Shown here one piece after another: positions 27,832 to 38,427 of a stretch of 64,000 nt of DNA. The translations under genes were made by a program, and so were the position numbers. This DNA comes from a bacterium (GTDB taxonomy: Bacteria; SAR324; XYD2-FULL-50-16; G965216635). The DNA lies in contig OZ253454.1 of assembly GCA_965261475.1 (NCBI GenBank), positions 735,813-799,812 on the forward strand. Reading direction: 5' to 3'. Below the pieces are notes generated by a model. That model worked only from the letters and a program-made list of their open reading frames with translations, was not told where the DNA came from and did no database searches. Positions within the stretch are counted from its first letter, which is position 1. Every line of letters begins with the position of its first letter.

Positions 27832-29295
27832 TTATTGATAAGGACAATCCACATTCCCCATTTCTACATATACGCTTTTTAATTGTGTATAATGTTGGAT
27901 AGCCGCCAACGAATTTTCTCTACCTATACCAGAGTGCTTAGTGCCTCCAAAAGGCATTTCAATAGGTGTTAAATTATAATTGTTAATCCAACAAAGACCT
28001 GCCTCTAATTCGGCAGCAACACGATGAGCTCTTTGAATATCTTTGGTAAAAACACCAGAAGATAAACCATAAGGAGTATTATTTGCTCTTTGAATTACTG
28101 ATTTTTCGTCGTCATCATCAAATTCTAAAACCGACATCACTGGACCAAAAATTTCTTCTCGTACAATTACAAAATTATCTTGGCAATCAGAAAAAACTGT
28201 AGGTTCTATAAAAAAACCTTTTTCGCAATTTTGAGGAAAGACTCTATTACCACCTATCAATAATGTTGCTCCTTCTTTTTTACCTCTTTCAATATAAGAT
28301 AAAACCTTTGTTAAATGCTCCTCAGAAATCAAAGCACCTACTTGTGTTTTAGGGTCTGTAGGATCACCAATCAACATTCTGCTAGTTCGCGCTAGTAAAG
28401 ATTGCAAGAATTTTTCTTTGATAGATTTTGCTACAAAAACACGCGTAGCATTAGAGCAAACTTCACCTTGTGTATAAAAATTTGCCATCATAGCACCAGA
28501 TACAGCATTATCTAAATCTGCATCATTAAAAATAATCAAGGGAGATTTACCGCCTAATTCCATTGTGATATGTTTCATAGTGTCAGCTACATCTGCAAAA
28601 ATTTTCTTACCTGTTTCAACTTCACCTGTGAAAGATATTTTTCTAATCTCAGCATGTTTTGTCAGTAATTTGCCTGTGCTCTCTCCTCCTTGCACTATAT
28701 TAAAAACTCCTTTAGGTACACCAGCTCTAATGTAAATTTCTGCCAATTTATAGGTAGTAAGCGGAGTAAGTTCTGATGGTTTAAAAATCATAACATTGCC
28801 ACAAGCTAGTGCTGGAGCAGATTTCCAACAAGCAATTTGAAGAGGATAATTCCAGGCGCCAATCCCAGCACAAATTCCAAGAGGCTCTCTCCTAGTATAG
28901 ACAAACGAAGAGTCTAAATTAAAATGTTCTCCATGAATTGTGGGGGCAATTCCTGCAAAATAATCTATAGCATCAGCTCCAGAAAACACATCAACTACAT
29001 CTGCTTCTTGAATAGGTTTTCCTGTGTCTAAAACCTCTAATTTTGCAATTTCTTGATTTTCTTCTCGTAGCAAACTTGCTGCTTTTTTTAAAATAGATGA
29101 TCTTTCTGTTCCTGTCATTTTAGACCAAACAGTAAAACCTTTTTTAGCAGATTCTACTGCTAAATTCACATCTTTCTCGTTTGCTTCTTGTATATTGCAA
29201 ATTACTTGTCCTGTTGCAGGGTTAGTAGTAGTAAAGGTATTTTGATCACAAGAATTTTGATATTCTCCGTGAATAAATAATTTTTTTGTTTCCAT
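27832..29295 (-). CDS. betB: Betaine aldehyde dehydrogenase
   Basis: About 60% identity by eye to E. coli BetB over the full length (FVYTRREPLG, GIGAWNYP.QIA.WKSAPALA.GN.MIFKPSE.TPLT, ELGGKSP, EEIFGPVMS, CWIN). Confidence 0.9.
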   Translation of the reverse strand: METKKLFIHGEYQNSCDQNTFTTTNPATGQVICNIQEANEKDVNLAVESAKKGFTVWSKMTGTERSSILKKAASLLREENQEIAKLEVLDTGKPIQEADVVDVFSGADAIDYFAGIAPTIHGEHFNLDSSFVYTRREPLGICAGIGAWNYPLQIACWKSAPALACGNVMIFKPSELTPLTTYKLAEIYIRAGVPKGVFNIVQGGESTGKLLTKHAEIRKISFTGEVETGKKIFADVADTMKHITMELGGKSPLIIFNDADLDNAVSGAMMANFYTQGEVCSNATRVFVAKSIKEKFLQSLLARTSRMLIGDPTDPKTQVGALISEEHLTKVLSYIERGKKEGATLLIGGNRVFPQNCEKGFFIEPTVFSDCQDNFVIVREEIFGPVMSVLEFDDDDEKSVIQRANNTPYGLSSGVFTKDIQRAHRVAAELEAGLCWINNYNLTPIEMPFGGTKHSGIGRENSLAAIQHYTQLKSVYVEMGNVDCPYQ

Positions 29296-29540
29296 TGGAT
29301 TTATTTGATTTATATTTATTTGAGCTATTCTTTTGTTGTCTATAACTTAGTAAATTTTAATCAATCAACTTCAACGCAAAAATTAAGTATTTTAAAGCAA
29401 TAGGTTAAGCACCCTACACAAAACTCAAAATCATTGTACCACATAAAAATTAGAAATTAGAAATAAATAACAATTTTTTTATATCTTTTATATAGAAAAT
29501 ATATAAAGTATAAATAATAAAATTTAATTTAAAAAAAAAT

Positions 29541-29574
29541 TGTATTGCATTATAACAATTTTGTAATACAATAC
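29541..29574. promoter_or_regulatory. Imperfect inverted repeat TGTATTGCATTA-N11-TAATACAATAC in the 435-bp divergent betB / SDR-proXWV intergenic region
   Basis: The arms are reverse complements with one mismatch. The central ACAATTTTGT is itself near-palindromic. Confidence 0.25.
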
Positions 29575-29730
29575 GAACTAATCTTGTTGAAACTGAATAA
29601 ACAAAATAAAGCAAACAATAAATACAAATTTAGTAGATGCTATACCTAATGGTAAATAACAGAGTTTTTAAAAGCGATTTATTATGTTAATAACAGCTAA
29701 ACAAATTATAACTATATTCTAAAAAAAAAT

Positions 29731-30564
29731 ATGAATGAACAATTTTTAAAAGGTAAAATTGCTTTAGTGACAGGTGGTTTTTCTGGTATGGGTAAGGCTA
29801 TAGCTACTAAATTAGCTGGCGCTGGCGCAAATGTGGTTATTGGTTCTTTGATGAATACCCAAGCAGTAAAAACAGAGGGTGAGGTTTCTTATTTACCAGG
29901 AGAGCAAGAAAAAAATGAAGTCCAAAAATCTATTGAGAATTTAGGAGTGAAATGTTTGGCTATGAATTTAGATGTAACTAGTAATAATTCTGTAGAGCGA
30001 TTTTGCGAAGCTACTAAACAACAATTTAGTAATATACATATTTTAGTTAACGCAGCAGGAATTACTGCTGAATCTACCATTGTGGGACACAGTGATGCAC
30101 TTTGGAATAAAGTTATAGATGTGAATTTAAATGGTTGTTACCGCACCATCAAAAGAATTTTACCTATTATGATACAACAAAAATGGGGGAGGATAATCAA
30201 CATTGCTTCTACAGCTGCTTCTGTTGGAGCAGAAACTTCAGGAGTTTATTGTGCTTCAAAAGCTGGGGTTGTTGGACTTTCACGCTGTATAGCTTTGGAA
30301 GGAGCTAGACATAATATTACTTGCAATTCCATTAGCCCTGGTTGGACTAATACAAACTTTGGCAGGGATTGGATGACTGATATAGCAGAAAAACAAGAAA
30401 ACCGCAAAGGGCAAGAATACATTGACGCAGCCAAAGCAGATAATCCTCAGAAACGTTTAATTGAACCAGAAGAAATTGCCGAAATGGCATTATTTTTATG
30501 TCGAGACAAAGCCATAGGTGTAACTATGCAAGATTTGACTATTTCTGCTGGTTCATTATGGTAG
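29731..30564 (+). CDS. Short-chain dehydrogenase/reductase (FabG-like SDR)
   Basis: TGGFSGMGKA cofactor motif and YCASKAG catalytic YxxxK. Confidence 0.8.
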   Translation: MNEQFLKGKIALVTGGFSGMGKAIATKLAGAGANVVIGSLMNTQAVKTEGEVSYLPGEQEKNEVQKSIENLGVKCLAMNLDVTSNNSVERFCEATKQQFSNIHILVNAAGITAESTIVGHSDALWNKVIDVNLNGCYRTIKRILPIMIQQKWGRIINIASTAASVGAETSGVYCASKAGVVGLSRCIALEGARHNITCNSISPGWTNTNFGRDWMTDIAEKQENRKGQEYIDAAKADNPQKRLIEPEEIAEMALFLCRDKAIGVTMQDLTISAGSLW

Positions 30565-30591
30565 TTTTTATAACCTAAAAAATGAAAAAAA

Positions 30592-31530
30592 ATGAAAAAA
30601 AACATAATTAAGGTTTTACTCGCTTTATTTTTAGCGAGTCAAACTTCCTTGCTTTATGCACAAAGTTGTAGCAAAGTAAGGTTTTCGGATGTTGGTTGGT
30701 CTGATATTACCTCTACTACAGCTTTAGCAAGTGTAGTTTTAAAAGGTTTAGACTACAAAGTAGATGTTAAAGTGTTATCTGTGCCTGTTACTTACACTTC
30801 GTTAGCTAATAAAGACATTGATGTCTTCCTAGGTAACTGGATGCCAACTATGGAAAACGATATTAGACCCTATTTGAAGAAAAAACAAGTAGAAAGTATC
30901 CAAACAAACCTCAAAGGAGCAAAATACACTCTAGCGACTTTAGACTACACCTCCAAAAAAGGTTTAAATTCTTTTAAAGATATTGCTAAGTTTAAAAAAG
31001 GCTTAAAAGGCAGTATTTATGGGATTGAACCAGGTAATGATGGAAATCGTATTATCTTAGATATAATTAAAAAGAATAGCTTTGGTCTAAAGGGATTTAA
31101 AGTAGTAGAATCTAGTGAACAAGGTATGCTAGCGCAGGTTAGTAGGTTTTCTAAACGAAAAAAAGATATTGTCTTTCTAGCATGGGCACCTCATCCTATG
31201 AATGTAAAACACAATATTACTTATCTGTTAGATGGCGATGATTACTTTGGAGCAGATTTTGGTGCCGCTACTGTGCACACCAATGTTTCTGCTGGTTATA
31301 CTAAAAAATGTCCAAATGTAGGCAGATTACTAAAAAATCTTGTCTTTACTCTAGATATAGAAGGCGTAGTAATGGATAAGATTTTAAATGAAAAAAAAGA
31401 TCCTGAAGTAGCAGCTACAGAGTATTTAAAAGCTAATAGTGTTATTTTAAATAAATGGCTCAAAGGTGTAAAAACTTTGAAAGGACACAATGGTTTGAAA
31501 GCTGTTAAAAATTATATTGCAAAAAAATAG
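30592..31530 (+). CDS. proX: Glycine betaine/proline ABC transporter substrate-binding protein (ProX/OpuAC family)
   Basis: Signal peptide. KVRFSDVGWSDITSTTALASVVLKGLDYKV...NWMP aligns to E. coli ProX (ITVNPVQSTITEE...AVNWTP). Confidence 0.8.
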   Translation: MKKNIIKVLLALFLASQTSLLYAQSCSKVRFSDVGWSDITSTTALASVVLKGLDYKVDVKVLSVPVTYTSLANKDIDVFLGNWMPTMENDIRPYLKKKQVESIQTNLKGAKYTLATLDYTSKKGLNSFKDIAKFKKGLKGSIYGIEPGNDGNRIILDIIKKNSFGLKGFKVVESSEQGMLAQVSRFSKRKKDIVFLAWAPHPMNVKHNITYLLDGDDYFGADFGAATVHTNVSAGYTKKCPNVGRLLKNLVFTLDIEGVVMDKILNEKKDPEVAATEYLKANSVILNKWLKGVKTLKGHNGLKAVKNYIAKK

Positions 31531-31536
31531 TTTTTT

Positions 31537-32364
31537 ATGCAGTATAAATTGCCACTCGGCAAATGGTGTTCTATCTTAATAGATTTTTTGAATAACAATG
31601 TTGGGTGGCTTTTTGACGCTTTTTCTATCAGTACAGAAAGGGTAATTTTGAGTTTTGTTTATTTACTCAATTTACCCCATCCGTACTTATTAACCTTGAT
31701 AGTGATGGCTATTTTTTATCTAGTACATAAAAATGTCAAAATGATGATTTTATCTGCTAGTTGCTTACTACTAATCTACAATCAAGGTTACTGGCAAGAA
31801 GCTATGGAAACACTGGCTCTGGTTTTAGTCTCTACTCTAACTTGTATTTTATTTGGTACTCCACTCGGTATTTGGTCTGCAAAAAAGAAACTGCTTTACA
31901 ATGTGCTAAGACCTGTATTGGATATGATGCAAACTATCCCTACTTTTGTTTATCTTATACCTGCTTTAATTTTGTTTGGATTAGGAGTTGTACCCGGTTT
32001 GGTTTCTACTGTAATTTTTGCTATTCCGGCTATAATTCGTTTGACCTATTTAGGAATTTATGGTGTGCCTAAAGAATTATTAGACGCTGGAGAAAGTTTT
32101 GGTGCTAACTCCTGGATACTACTTTGGAAGATTGAGATACCCTACGCTATGCCTTCTATTCTATTAGGGATTACACAAACAATTTTGCTTTCTTTGTCTA
32201 TGGTAGTTATCTCTGCTCTTGTAGGGGCAGATGGATTAGGTAAACCAGTAGTGAGAGCCTTAAACACCGTTAATATCGAACAAGGATTTGAAGCTGGTTT
32301 TTCTATTGTGATGTTAGCTATTTTATTAGATAGAATGCTTAAACATAAAGTGGTAAGTAGATAA
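31537..32364 (+). CDS. proW: Glycine betaine/proline ABC transporter permease
   Basis: Multi-TM ABC permease with an EAA-like loop. Lies between proX and proV. Confidence 0.8.
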   Translation: MQYKLPLGKWCSILIDFLNNNVGWLFDAFSISTERVILSFVYLLNLPHPYLLTLIVMAIFYLVHKNVKMMILSASCLLLIYNQGYWQEAMETLALVLVSTLTCILFGTPLGIWSAKKKLLYNVLRPVLDMMQTIPTFVYLIPALILFGLGVVPGLVSTVIFAIPAIIRLTYLGIYGVPKELLDAGESFGANSWILLWKIEIPYAMPSILLGITQTILLSLSMVVISALVGADGLGKPVVRALNTVNIEQGFEAGFSIVMLAILLDRMLKHKVVSR

Positions 32365-33539
32365 TGGATATTATTAGAGTTAAAAATTTGGATCATGTTT
32401 TTGGTAAAAATCCTCATTGCATACTTCCTTTGCTAAAAGAAGGAATATCAAATGAAGAAATTAGAGAAAAATATGGTAATAATATTGGTTTGCGCGATAC
32501 ATCTATTACTTTTAAAAAAGGAGAAATTTGTGTTTTGATGGGGCTATCTGGGTCTGGAAAATCTACTTTACTTCGTTGTCTTAATGGATTAAATCAACCT
32601 ACTCAAGGTAAAATAGAAGTTTTCGATGAGAATCGTTGGATTGATATTACAAGTTGTAAAAAAGCAGAGCTAATTAAATTACGGATGAACCAAATTTCTT
32701 TCGTTTTTCAAAGTTTTGCTCTACTGCCTTGGCTGAACATTCAAGAAAATGTTGCTTTTGGTTTGGTTTTAAAAAAAAAAAACAAAGACTACATCGCAAA
32801 AACCGTACAAGAAAAATTAGCATTAGTAGGGCTCAAAGGTTGGGGAAAGAAAATGGTTAAAGAACTATCTGGCGGCATGCAACAAAGAGTAGGATTAGCT
32901 AGAGCTTTAGCAACAGAAGCAGATATTTTGTTAATGGACGAGCCTTTTTCTGCTTTAGATCCTTTGATTCGTCATAACCTACAAGGCGAACTCAATGATT
33001 TACAAAAAAAACTAAAAAAAACAATTGTCTTTGTTAGCCATGACCTAGACGAAGCAGTGCGTATAGGTGATAGAATTGTTATTATGAATGAAGGAAGAAT
33101 AGTACAAACAGGAACAGCGCAAGAAATTATTTTTAACCCCAAAAACTCCTATGTTAAAAGCTTTGTAAATAATATCAACTCTGTAAATGCTATTTACGCT
33201 AGTATTATTATGGAGCCTTTCGTAGCACTCAAAAAAAATGAAACTATCTATTTAGATAAACAAAAAACTTGGCAAATCACTTTAGATACAAATATACTCC
33301 CTAGAGCTGTCAAAAACGAACAATTCCCAAAAGCAAGTTTAGTATTCAATCAAAATAGTACTAAAAAACTAGAAAAGGGGGATATTGTTATTGTGCATAG
33401 TGAGTTATCAATGAAAAAAATTATTAAAATTCGCTATCAAACACAGGCTCCTATTTTAGTTATAGAAGATAATAAGTTACTAGGATACATCAACGAGCAA
33501 GAAATTTTTTGTGGATTGATAGGAAAAATTAGCTTATAA
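32364..33539 (+). CDS. proV: Glycine betaine/proline ABC transporter ATP-binding protein with a C-terminal CBS pair
   Basis: Walker A GLSGSGKST, signature LSGGMQQRVGLARAL, Walker B LLMDEPFSALD, and a C-terminal extension of about 120 aa. Confidence 0.85.
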   Translation: MDIIRVKNLDHVFGKNPHCILPLLKEGISNEEIREKYGNNIGLRDTSITFKKGEICVLMGLSGSGKSTLLRCLNGLNQPTQGKIEVFDENRWIDITSCKKAELIKLRMNQISFVFQSFALLPWLNIQENVAFGLVLKKKNKDYIAKTVQEKLALVGLKGWGKKMVKELSGGMQQRVGLARALATEADILLMDEPFSALDPLIRHNLQGELNDLQKKLKKTIVFVSHDLDEAVRIGDRIVIMNEGRIVQTGTAQEIIFNPKNSYVKSFVNNINSVNAIYASIIMEPFVALKKNETIYLDKQKTWQITLDTNILPRAVKNEQFPKASLVFNQNSTKKLEKGDIVIVHSELSMKKIIKIRYQTQAPILVIEDNKLLGYINEQEIFCGLIGKISL

Positions 33540-33589
33540 TTCGTATATTTGTTAATGTTGCAATTTATCACCTTTAATACACTTCTACT

Positions 33590-34501
33590 TTGTTAAGAAG
33601 ATATTTACTTACCGAGCAGGGAAAAGATTTTTTTAGTATTTTTATTCCTTACTTTTTGTGGACTCTGTCTCCTTTTTACCTAAAACTGTTACTGCCTATT
33701 GATTCTTACGAACTTTCTGCCCATCGAGCAATTAGCTCTTGCCTGACAATGACTTTCTTTTTTATTATATTTCGTAGAAAAATTTTTTTACAACAATGCA
33801 AATTACTTACGCCAAAAAGCCTCTTATTACTGTTTATCTCTAGCTCTATGATAGGTTTAGATTGGCTAGTTTATATTTATGCTATTCAAAATGATCTAGC
33901 TTTACAAGCAAGCTTGGGATATTTTTTTTCTCCTATTTTGTTTATGACTATAGCGCTGCTAGTTTTTAGAGAAAAAATTAACTCACTGCAAGCAATTTCT
34001 ATCTTGTTATCAACGCTGGGCGTATTTTATCTTTTTTTTTCTTACCCCTCTATGCTTTGGGTATCTTTTTGCGTGGCATTCTCATTCGCTATCTATGCTA
34101 TCATACACAAACAAATAAAATTTAAAGCTGCTTTTAGTTTTTTTATAGAAACTATTTTTTTATTCCCTGTGGGGCTTGTTTATCTAATTTTTGTTGCATC
34201 TCAAGGCAAGATGCACTTTTTATCTGTATCTTGGAAACATGATCTAGGTACATTATTACTAGGTATTGTCTCTAGCTTGCCTTTTATACTACTTAGCTAC
34301 GGCATCAAAAAGGTCAGTTTTATATTTTTAGGTTTTGTTCAATTTTATTTACCAATCACTTTGTTTTTGGTAGGTGTGTTTGTATTTAAAGAATCTTTTG
34401 ATACACCCTATAAAATTGCTTTTGGTTTAATTTGGTTGGCTATAATCTTGTTTTTACTAAATTCTTATCTACAACACAAAAAAATAAAAAAAATAAAATA
34501 G
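33590..34501 (+). CDS. EamA/RarD-family (DMT superfamily) transporter
   Basis: Ten predicted TM helices in two repeated halves. About 300 aa. Confidence 0.6.
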   Translation: MLRRYLLTEQGKDFFSIFIPYFLWTLSPFYLKLLLPIDSYELSAHRAISSCLTMTFFFIIFRRKIFLQQCKLLTPKSLLLLFISSSMIGLDWLVYIYAIQNDLALQASLGYFFSPILFMTIALLVFREKINSLQAISILLSTLGVFYLFFSYPSMLWVSFCVAFSFAIYAIIHKQIKFKAAFSFFIETIFLFPVGLVYLIFVASQGKMHFLSVSWKHDLGTLLLGIVSSLPFILLSYGIKKVSFIFLGFVQFYLPITLFLVGVFVFKESFDTPYKIAFGLIWLAIILFLLNSYLQHKKIKKIK

Positions 34502-34617
34502 TTGTTTTTGTGTATAACTTGATAAAATACGCTAAATCATAGATCTTATCTCCACAGTCTGTATATTATAAATGAACTATAGCTACAGCACTAGATTTTT
34601 CTATAACATATCTATTA

Positions 34618-35733
34618 CTAGTGAGTGTTGCGCAAAATAGTAAATAATATTTTTAAAAATTTTTCCATTTGTTGTGGTTTACCTATAGAAATACGAATAA
34701 AATCTTTCAATAAATCTGTTTTAAAATAACGAATAAGCACTCCTTTTTGATAGAGTTGCTCACTTAGAGTTGCTGCCGAATAATTCTTTACTTTACATAA
34801 TATAAAGTTTGCTTTTGACGGATAAGGAGTAAGGAGATGATGTGTTTGAAGCGCTTGCAATACTCTCTTCCTTGTTTGTATAATTTCTTTTCTTTGTTTT
34901 TGAAAAGTAGTAAGGTAGGACAAACAAACTTCTAGTGCAGAATCTGCTATTTGATTGACATTATAAGGGTATTTGAGAGTTAATAATTTTTTTTGCAAAG
35001 ATGGTTGCATCATAGCATATCCTAGTCTTAAACCAGCTAATCCAAAAAACTTTGCAAAAGTTCGTAAAATTACAAGATTCTTATGTTTTTTTAGAAGATG
35101 ACTATAACTAGTTTGCGAAAATTCAAAATATGCTTCATCTACCACAATGAGTGCATCCCAAGAAAGAAAGAATTGTAATTCTGCTTGGCTGAGCAAGTTT
35201 GCTGTAGGGTTATTTGGAGAGCAGAGAAATACCATGTTAGGTAAATTATTTTTCCATTTTTTTGCTTGTGCTAGATCTATAGAAAAATCTTCTTTTCTAG
35301 GACTCATAACTACTGTGTGTCTGTTTAAGCGAATTAAATGCTCATAGTAAGAAAATGTTGGCGGAAAAATCATTACTGAACTATGTTGCGGTAAAAACCT
35401 ACAAAGTAAATCTATAATTTCATCACTACCATTACCAGCTAAAAGCCAATCTGCTTCAAATTTTGTGTAGCTTGCAATTTTCTGTCTTAATTTTTTTTGC
35501 GCTGGGTCTGGGTAGTGTGCAATTTCTTCCTTAGTTATTGCTAGAGCTAATAAATCTTGTGGAAAACCATAAGGATTCTCGTTAGCATTCAGTTTGAGTA
35601 TCTCTTCTTTTGGCAAGTTTAAGCTTTGCGCAATCTCATCTAAAGATTGAACTCCAGAATAAAAAAAAGAATCATTAAAAAACGAATCTAAATATTTTAA
35701 AGGCATAGCTTGTTGGCTTGTTTGTATTACCAA
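34618..35733 (-). CDS. hisC: Histidinol-phosphate aminotransferase
   Basis: LKLNANENP, LCSPNNPT, VVDEAYFEF and RTFAKFFGLAGLRLGY (PLP lysine) align to E. coli HisC. Confidence 0.75.
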   Translation of the reverse strand: MVIQTSQQAMPLKYLDSFFNDSFFYSGVQSLDEIAQSLNLPKEEILKLNANENPYGFPQDLLALAITKEEIAHYPDPAQKKLRQKIASYTKFEADWLLAGNGSDEIIDLLCRFLPQHSSVMIFPPTFSYYEHLIRLNRHTVVMSPRKEDFSIDLAQAKKWKNNLPNMVFLCSPNNPTANLLSQAELQFFLSWDALIVVDEAYFEFSQTSYSHLLKKHKNLVILRTFAKFFGLAGLRLGYAMMQPSLQKKLLTLKYPYNVNQIADSALEVCLSYLTTFQKQRKEIIQTRKRVLQALQTHHLLTPYPSKANFILCKVKNYSAATLSEQLYQKGVLIRYFKTDLLKDFIRISIGKPQQMEKFLKILFTILRNTH

Positions 35734-36983
35734 AATCTACCAATATCTTTGGTAGTTACAAAAATAAGCAAGGTAAATAAAAGAGCAAAACCAATAAATT
35801 GTATTTTTTTTCTAAATTGCAAGGAAAGAGATTTACCCTTAATTTTTTCAATTATCAGTAATAATATATGCCCACCATCTAGTGCAGGAATAGGAAGCAG
35901 GTTAAAAATAGCAAGCTGTAAGCTAATCATTGCTGTAATATACAGCAAGTTTACAAACCCATTATTGATGCTTTGATTGATCACAGCAAAAATAGTTACA
36001 GGACCCCCTAAAGCGTCACTAGAAGATTTACCTATCAATAATTTACCTAAAAAAATAAAAGTTGAAGTAATATTTTGGTGAATAGCTTCTGCACTCTTTT
36101 GAAAGGATTGTAAAAAAGAATAGTGTATCTTTGTAGCTGGTAAAGAAATACCTAAAACCCATTTTTTAGAATTTTGTTGCCATTTTGGTAAAAAAGATAA
36201 TTTTATTTTTTCTCTTGTACTTCTTTCAAGAACTAATACCCCTTGTTTGCTGCCTTGTTGTTGCAATAATAAAGAAATATCTCCCCAATCATTGATTTTT
36301 TGGTTGTTAATAGTTAGTATTCTATCTCCTATTTTAATTCCGATTCTTTCTGCTTCACTGTCTTTAAGTACACTACCTACAACAGGAGCTATCCTAGGAG
36401 AAACTTTTGTTAAATCTGTAACTAAAATTTGTAATTGTAAAACTTGATTGTTTCTTTGTACTTCTACTGGAATATTTTGATTTTTAGGAGTCTGTGCTAT
36501 AAGAGCATCTAACTCTCCCCAATTAGTAATTGTTATATTATTGACTTGTAGAATTAGATCGTTTTCTGCTAATTCCACACTGTCATTTGTAACTTTACCA
36601 ATGATTGGCGGCAAAGAATAAACAATAGGTTGAGCTAATCCAAACCAAAAAACAAAAATCAATAACAAATAAGTTAAGGCAACATTAAATAAAGGACCTG
36701 CAAATATTACAGTAAATCTTTGCCAGATGCTTTTAGAGACAAAATTACTAGAATCTTGAGAGTTCTCATTAGTTACAAAACCCTTGATTTTAACATAGCC
36801 TCCAATAGGGAGTAGCGACAAACAATAAAGAGTTTTGCCTATTTTTTTCGTTAAAATTTTGGGAGGTATGCCTAGAGAAAATTCTTCAACTTCTATACCG
36901 CACCTTCTAGCAGCTAAAAAATGCCCTAACTCATGGACAAAAATAAGAAACTGAAAAATCAGTATAATAAAGATAACGTTCAT
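35727..36983 (-). CDS. rseP: Site-2 protease RseP (zinc metalloprotease with a PDZ domain)
   Basis: HELGHF at the N-terminus, PDZ region, and C-terminal LDGG motif. Confidence 0.85.
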   Translation of the reverse strand: MNVIFIILIFQFLIFVHELGHFLAARRCGIEVEEFSLGIPPKILTKKIGKTLYCLSLLPIGGYVKIKGFVTNENSQDSSNFVSKSIWQRFTVIFAGPLFNVALTYLLLIFVFWFGLAQPIVYSLPPIIGKVTNDSVELAENDLILQVNNITITNWGELDALIAQTPKNQNIPVEVQRNNQVLQLQILVTDLTKVSPRIAPVVGSVLKDSEAERIGIKIGDRILTINNQKINDWGDISLLLQQQGSKQGVLVLERSTREKIKLSFLPKWQQNSKKWVLGISLPATKIHYSFLQSFQKSAEAIHQNITSTFIFLGKLLIGKSSSDALGGPVTIFAVINQSINNGFVNLLYITAMISLQLAIFNLLPIPALDGGHILLLIIEKIKGKSLSLQFRKKIQFIGFALLFTLLIFVTTKDIGRFW

Positions 36984-37040
36984 TGGTTATAGCAAAGATA
37001 TCACAATAGCTCGGAGAATGCAAGAAGTGAGAACAGCATT

Positions 37041-38300
37041 TCAATAATTTTTAGCCAATCTATCTGCATCTCTTGCTGACAAGCATACTTCAAAATCAAT
37101 GGTCTGAGAGTGTTGCTCTATTTTTTTGATAATAGAATTTTGATAGAGAAAAGTAATTGCCTTGCCAGAGGTATATGGCAAAGAATATTTTTTATATACA
37201 AACTTTTTTTCAAAAAAAACTTGTATATTTTTTTTTAGCAATTCTATTGTATGCTCTTGGAAACAAGAAACCCAAATTGCATCTTTGGGAGCATATAGCG
37301 GATGAAGGTTTTTATTAAATTCTTGTTTATCTATTTTATTGATAATTACTATTCTTGGAATAGCATTTAACTCCAAATCTAATAGTATTGCTTCGCTAAC
37401 TTTTAAAGACTTTTCCATTTTTTCTGGTTGATCTAATTCTATCACATGCAATAATAAATTAGATTCTCGAATAGCAGAAAAAGTAGAGCGAAAGGAAGCA
37501 ATAAGTGTATGAGGTAGATTATGGATAAAACCGACAGTATCCGATAATAAAATTTGTGGCGTAGCAACACCCTTGATTTTACGGGTCGTAGTTCCTAGCG
37601 TAGAAAAAAGTTTATCTTCTATCAACAACTCTGAGTGAGTGAGGGCTTGCATCAAAGAAGATTTACCCGCATTGGTATAACCTATAAAGCTAACACGGAA
37701 CACTTGTAGTCCCCTTTTGAGTTGTTGCTGAACTGTATTTTTATACTTTTGTGCTTTTTTCTTTAGACGAAAAATTCTTTTACGAATTAAATTTTTGTCT
37801 ATATTGATTTGTTTTTCTCCCATCCCTTTAGACGCCCGAGCACCTCCTTTCTCTCTATCTAGGTGTTGCCACATTCCACTTAACCTAGGCAACATGTATT
37901 CTAGCGTAGCTAATTCTACTTGCTCTTTTGCTTCACTGTTTCTAGCGTGTTTCTCAAAAATTTTTAAAATAACTTTTGTTTTATCCCAAACTTCTATCCC
38001 AAAATATTCAGACAAATTTTTTTCTTGTTGCAATGTAATGTTGCCGTCAACAAAAAGTAACTCTGGCTTCAAAGACATAAATAGGTTTACTAGTTCTTCG
38101 CACTTTCCACTACCAATAAAACTTCTCGTATGAATTTGATTTCTTTTTTGGATTTGATGACCTAGAGGATTTAAATTGAGAGTTTTGGCAAGAAAAATAG
38201 CTTCTTCCATTGAAGATGTTGCCTCTTTGGTGGAATAATTGGGGAGTTGTACCCCAACAAAAAAAACTTTTGTTTTTGTAAACTCTACTAATTTATACAA
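37041..38300 (-). CDS. hflX: GTPase HflX
   Basis: G1 GYTNAGKSSL, G3 DTVGF, G4 NKID, with an N-terminal HflX domain. Confidence 0.85.
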   Translation of the reverse strand: MYKLVEFTKTKVFFVGVQLPNYSTKEATSSMEEAIFLAKTLNLNPLGHQIQKRNQIHTRSFIGSGKCEELVNLFMSLKPELLFVDGNITLQQEKNLSEYFGIEVWDKTKVILKIFEKHARNSEAKEQVELATLEYMLPRLSGMWQHLDREKGGARASKGMGEKQINIDKNLIRKRIFRLKKKAQKYKNTVQQQLKRGLQVFRVSFIGYTNAGKSSLMQALTHSELLIEDKLFSTLGTTTRKIKGVATPQILLSDTVGFIHNLPHTLIASFRSTFSAIRESNLLLHVIELDQPEKMEKSLKVSEAILLDLELNAIPRIVIINKIDKQEFNKNLHPLYAPKDAIWVSCFQEHTIELLKKNIQVFFEKKFVYKKYSLPYTSGKAITFLYQNSIIKKIEQHSQTIDFEVCLSARDADRLAKNY

Positions 38301-38427
38301 AATAAAATATTTTTAGACTATTTAGCTAATATTACTTATGACTAACACTAAACTTGTAGCTAAAATACGTAATTAAATATCATTAACTCATCATGCTAAC
38401 TTAAATAGCAAATATTAAAAAAAATAA

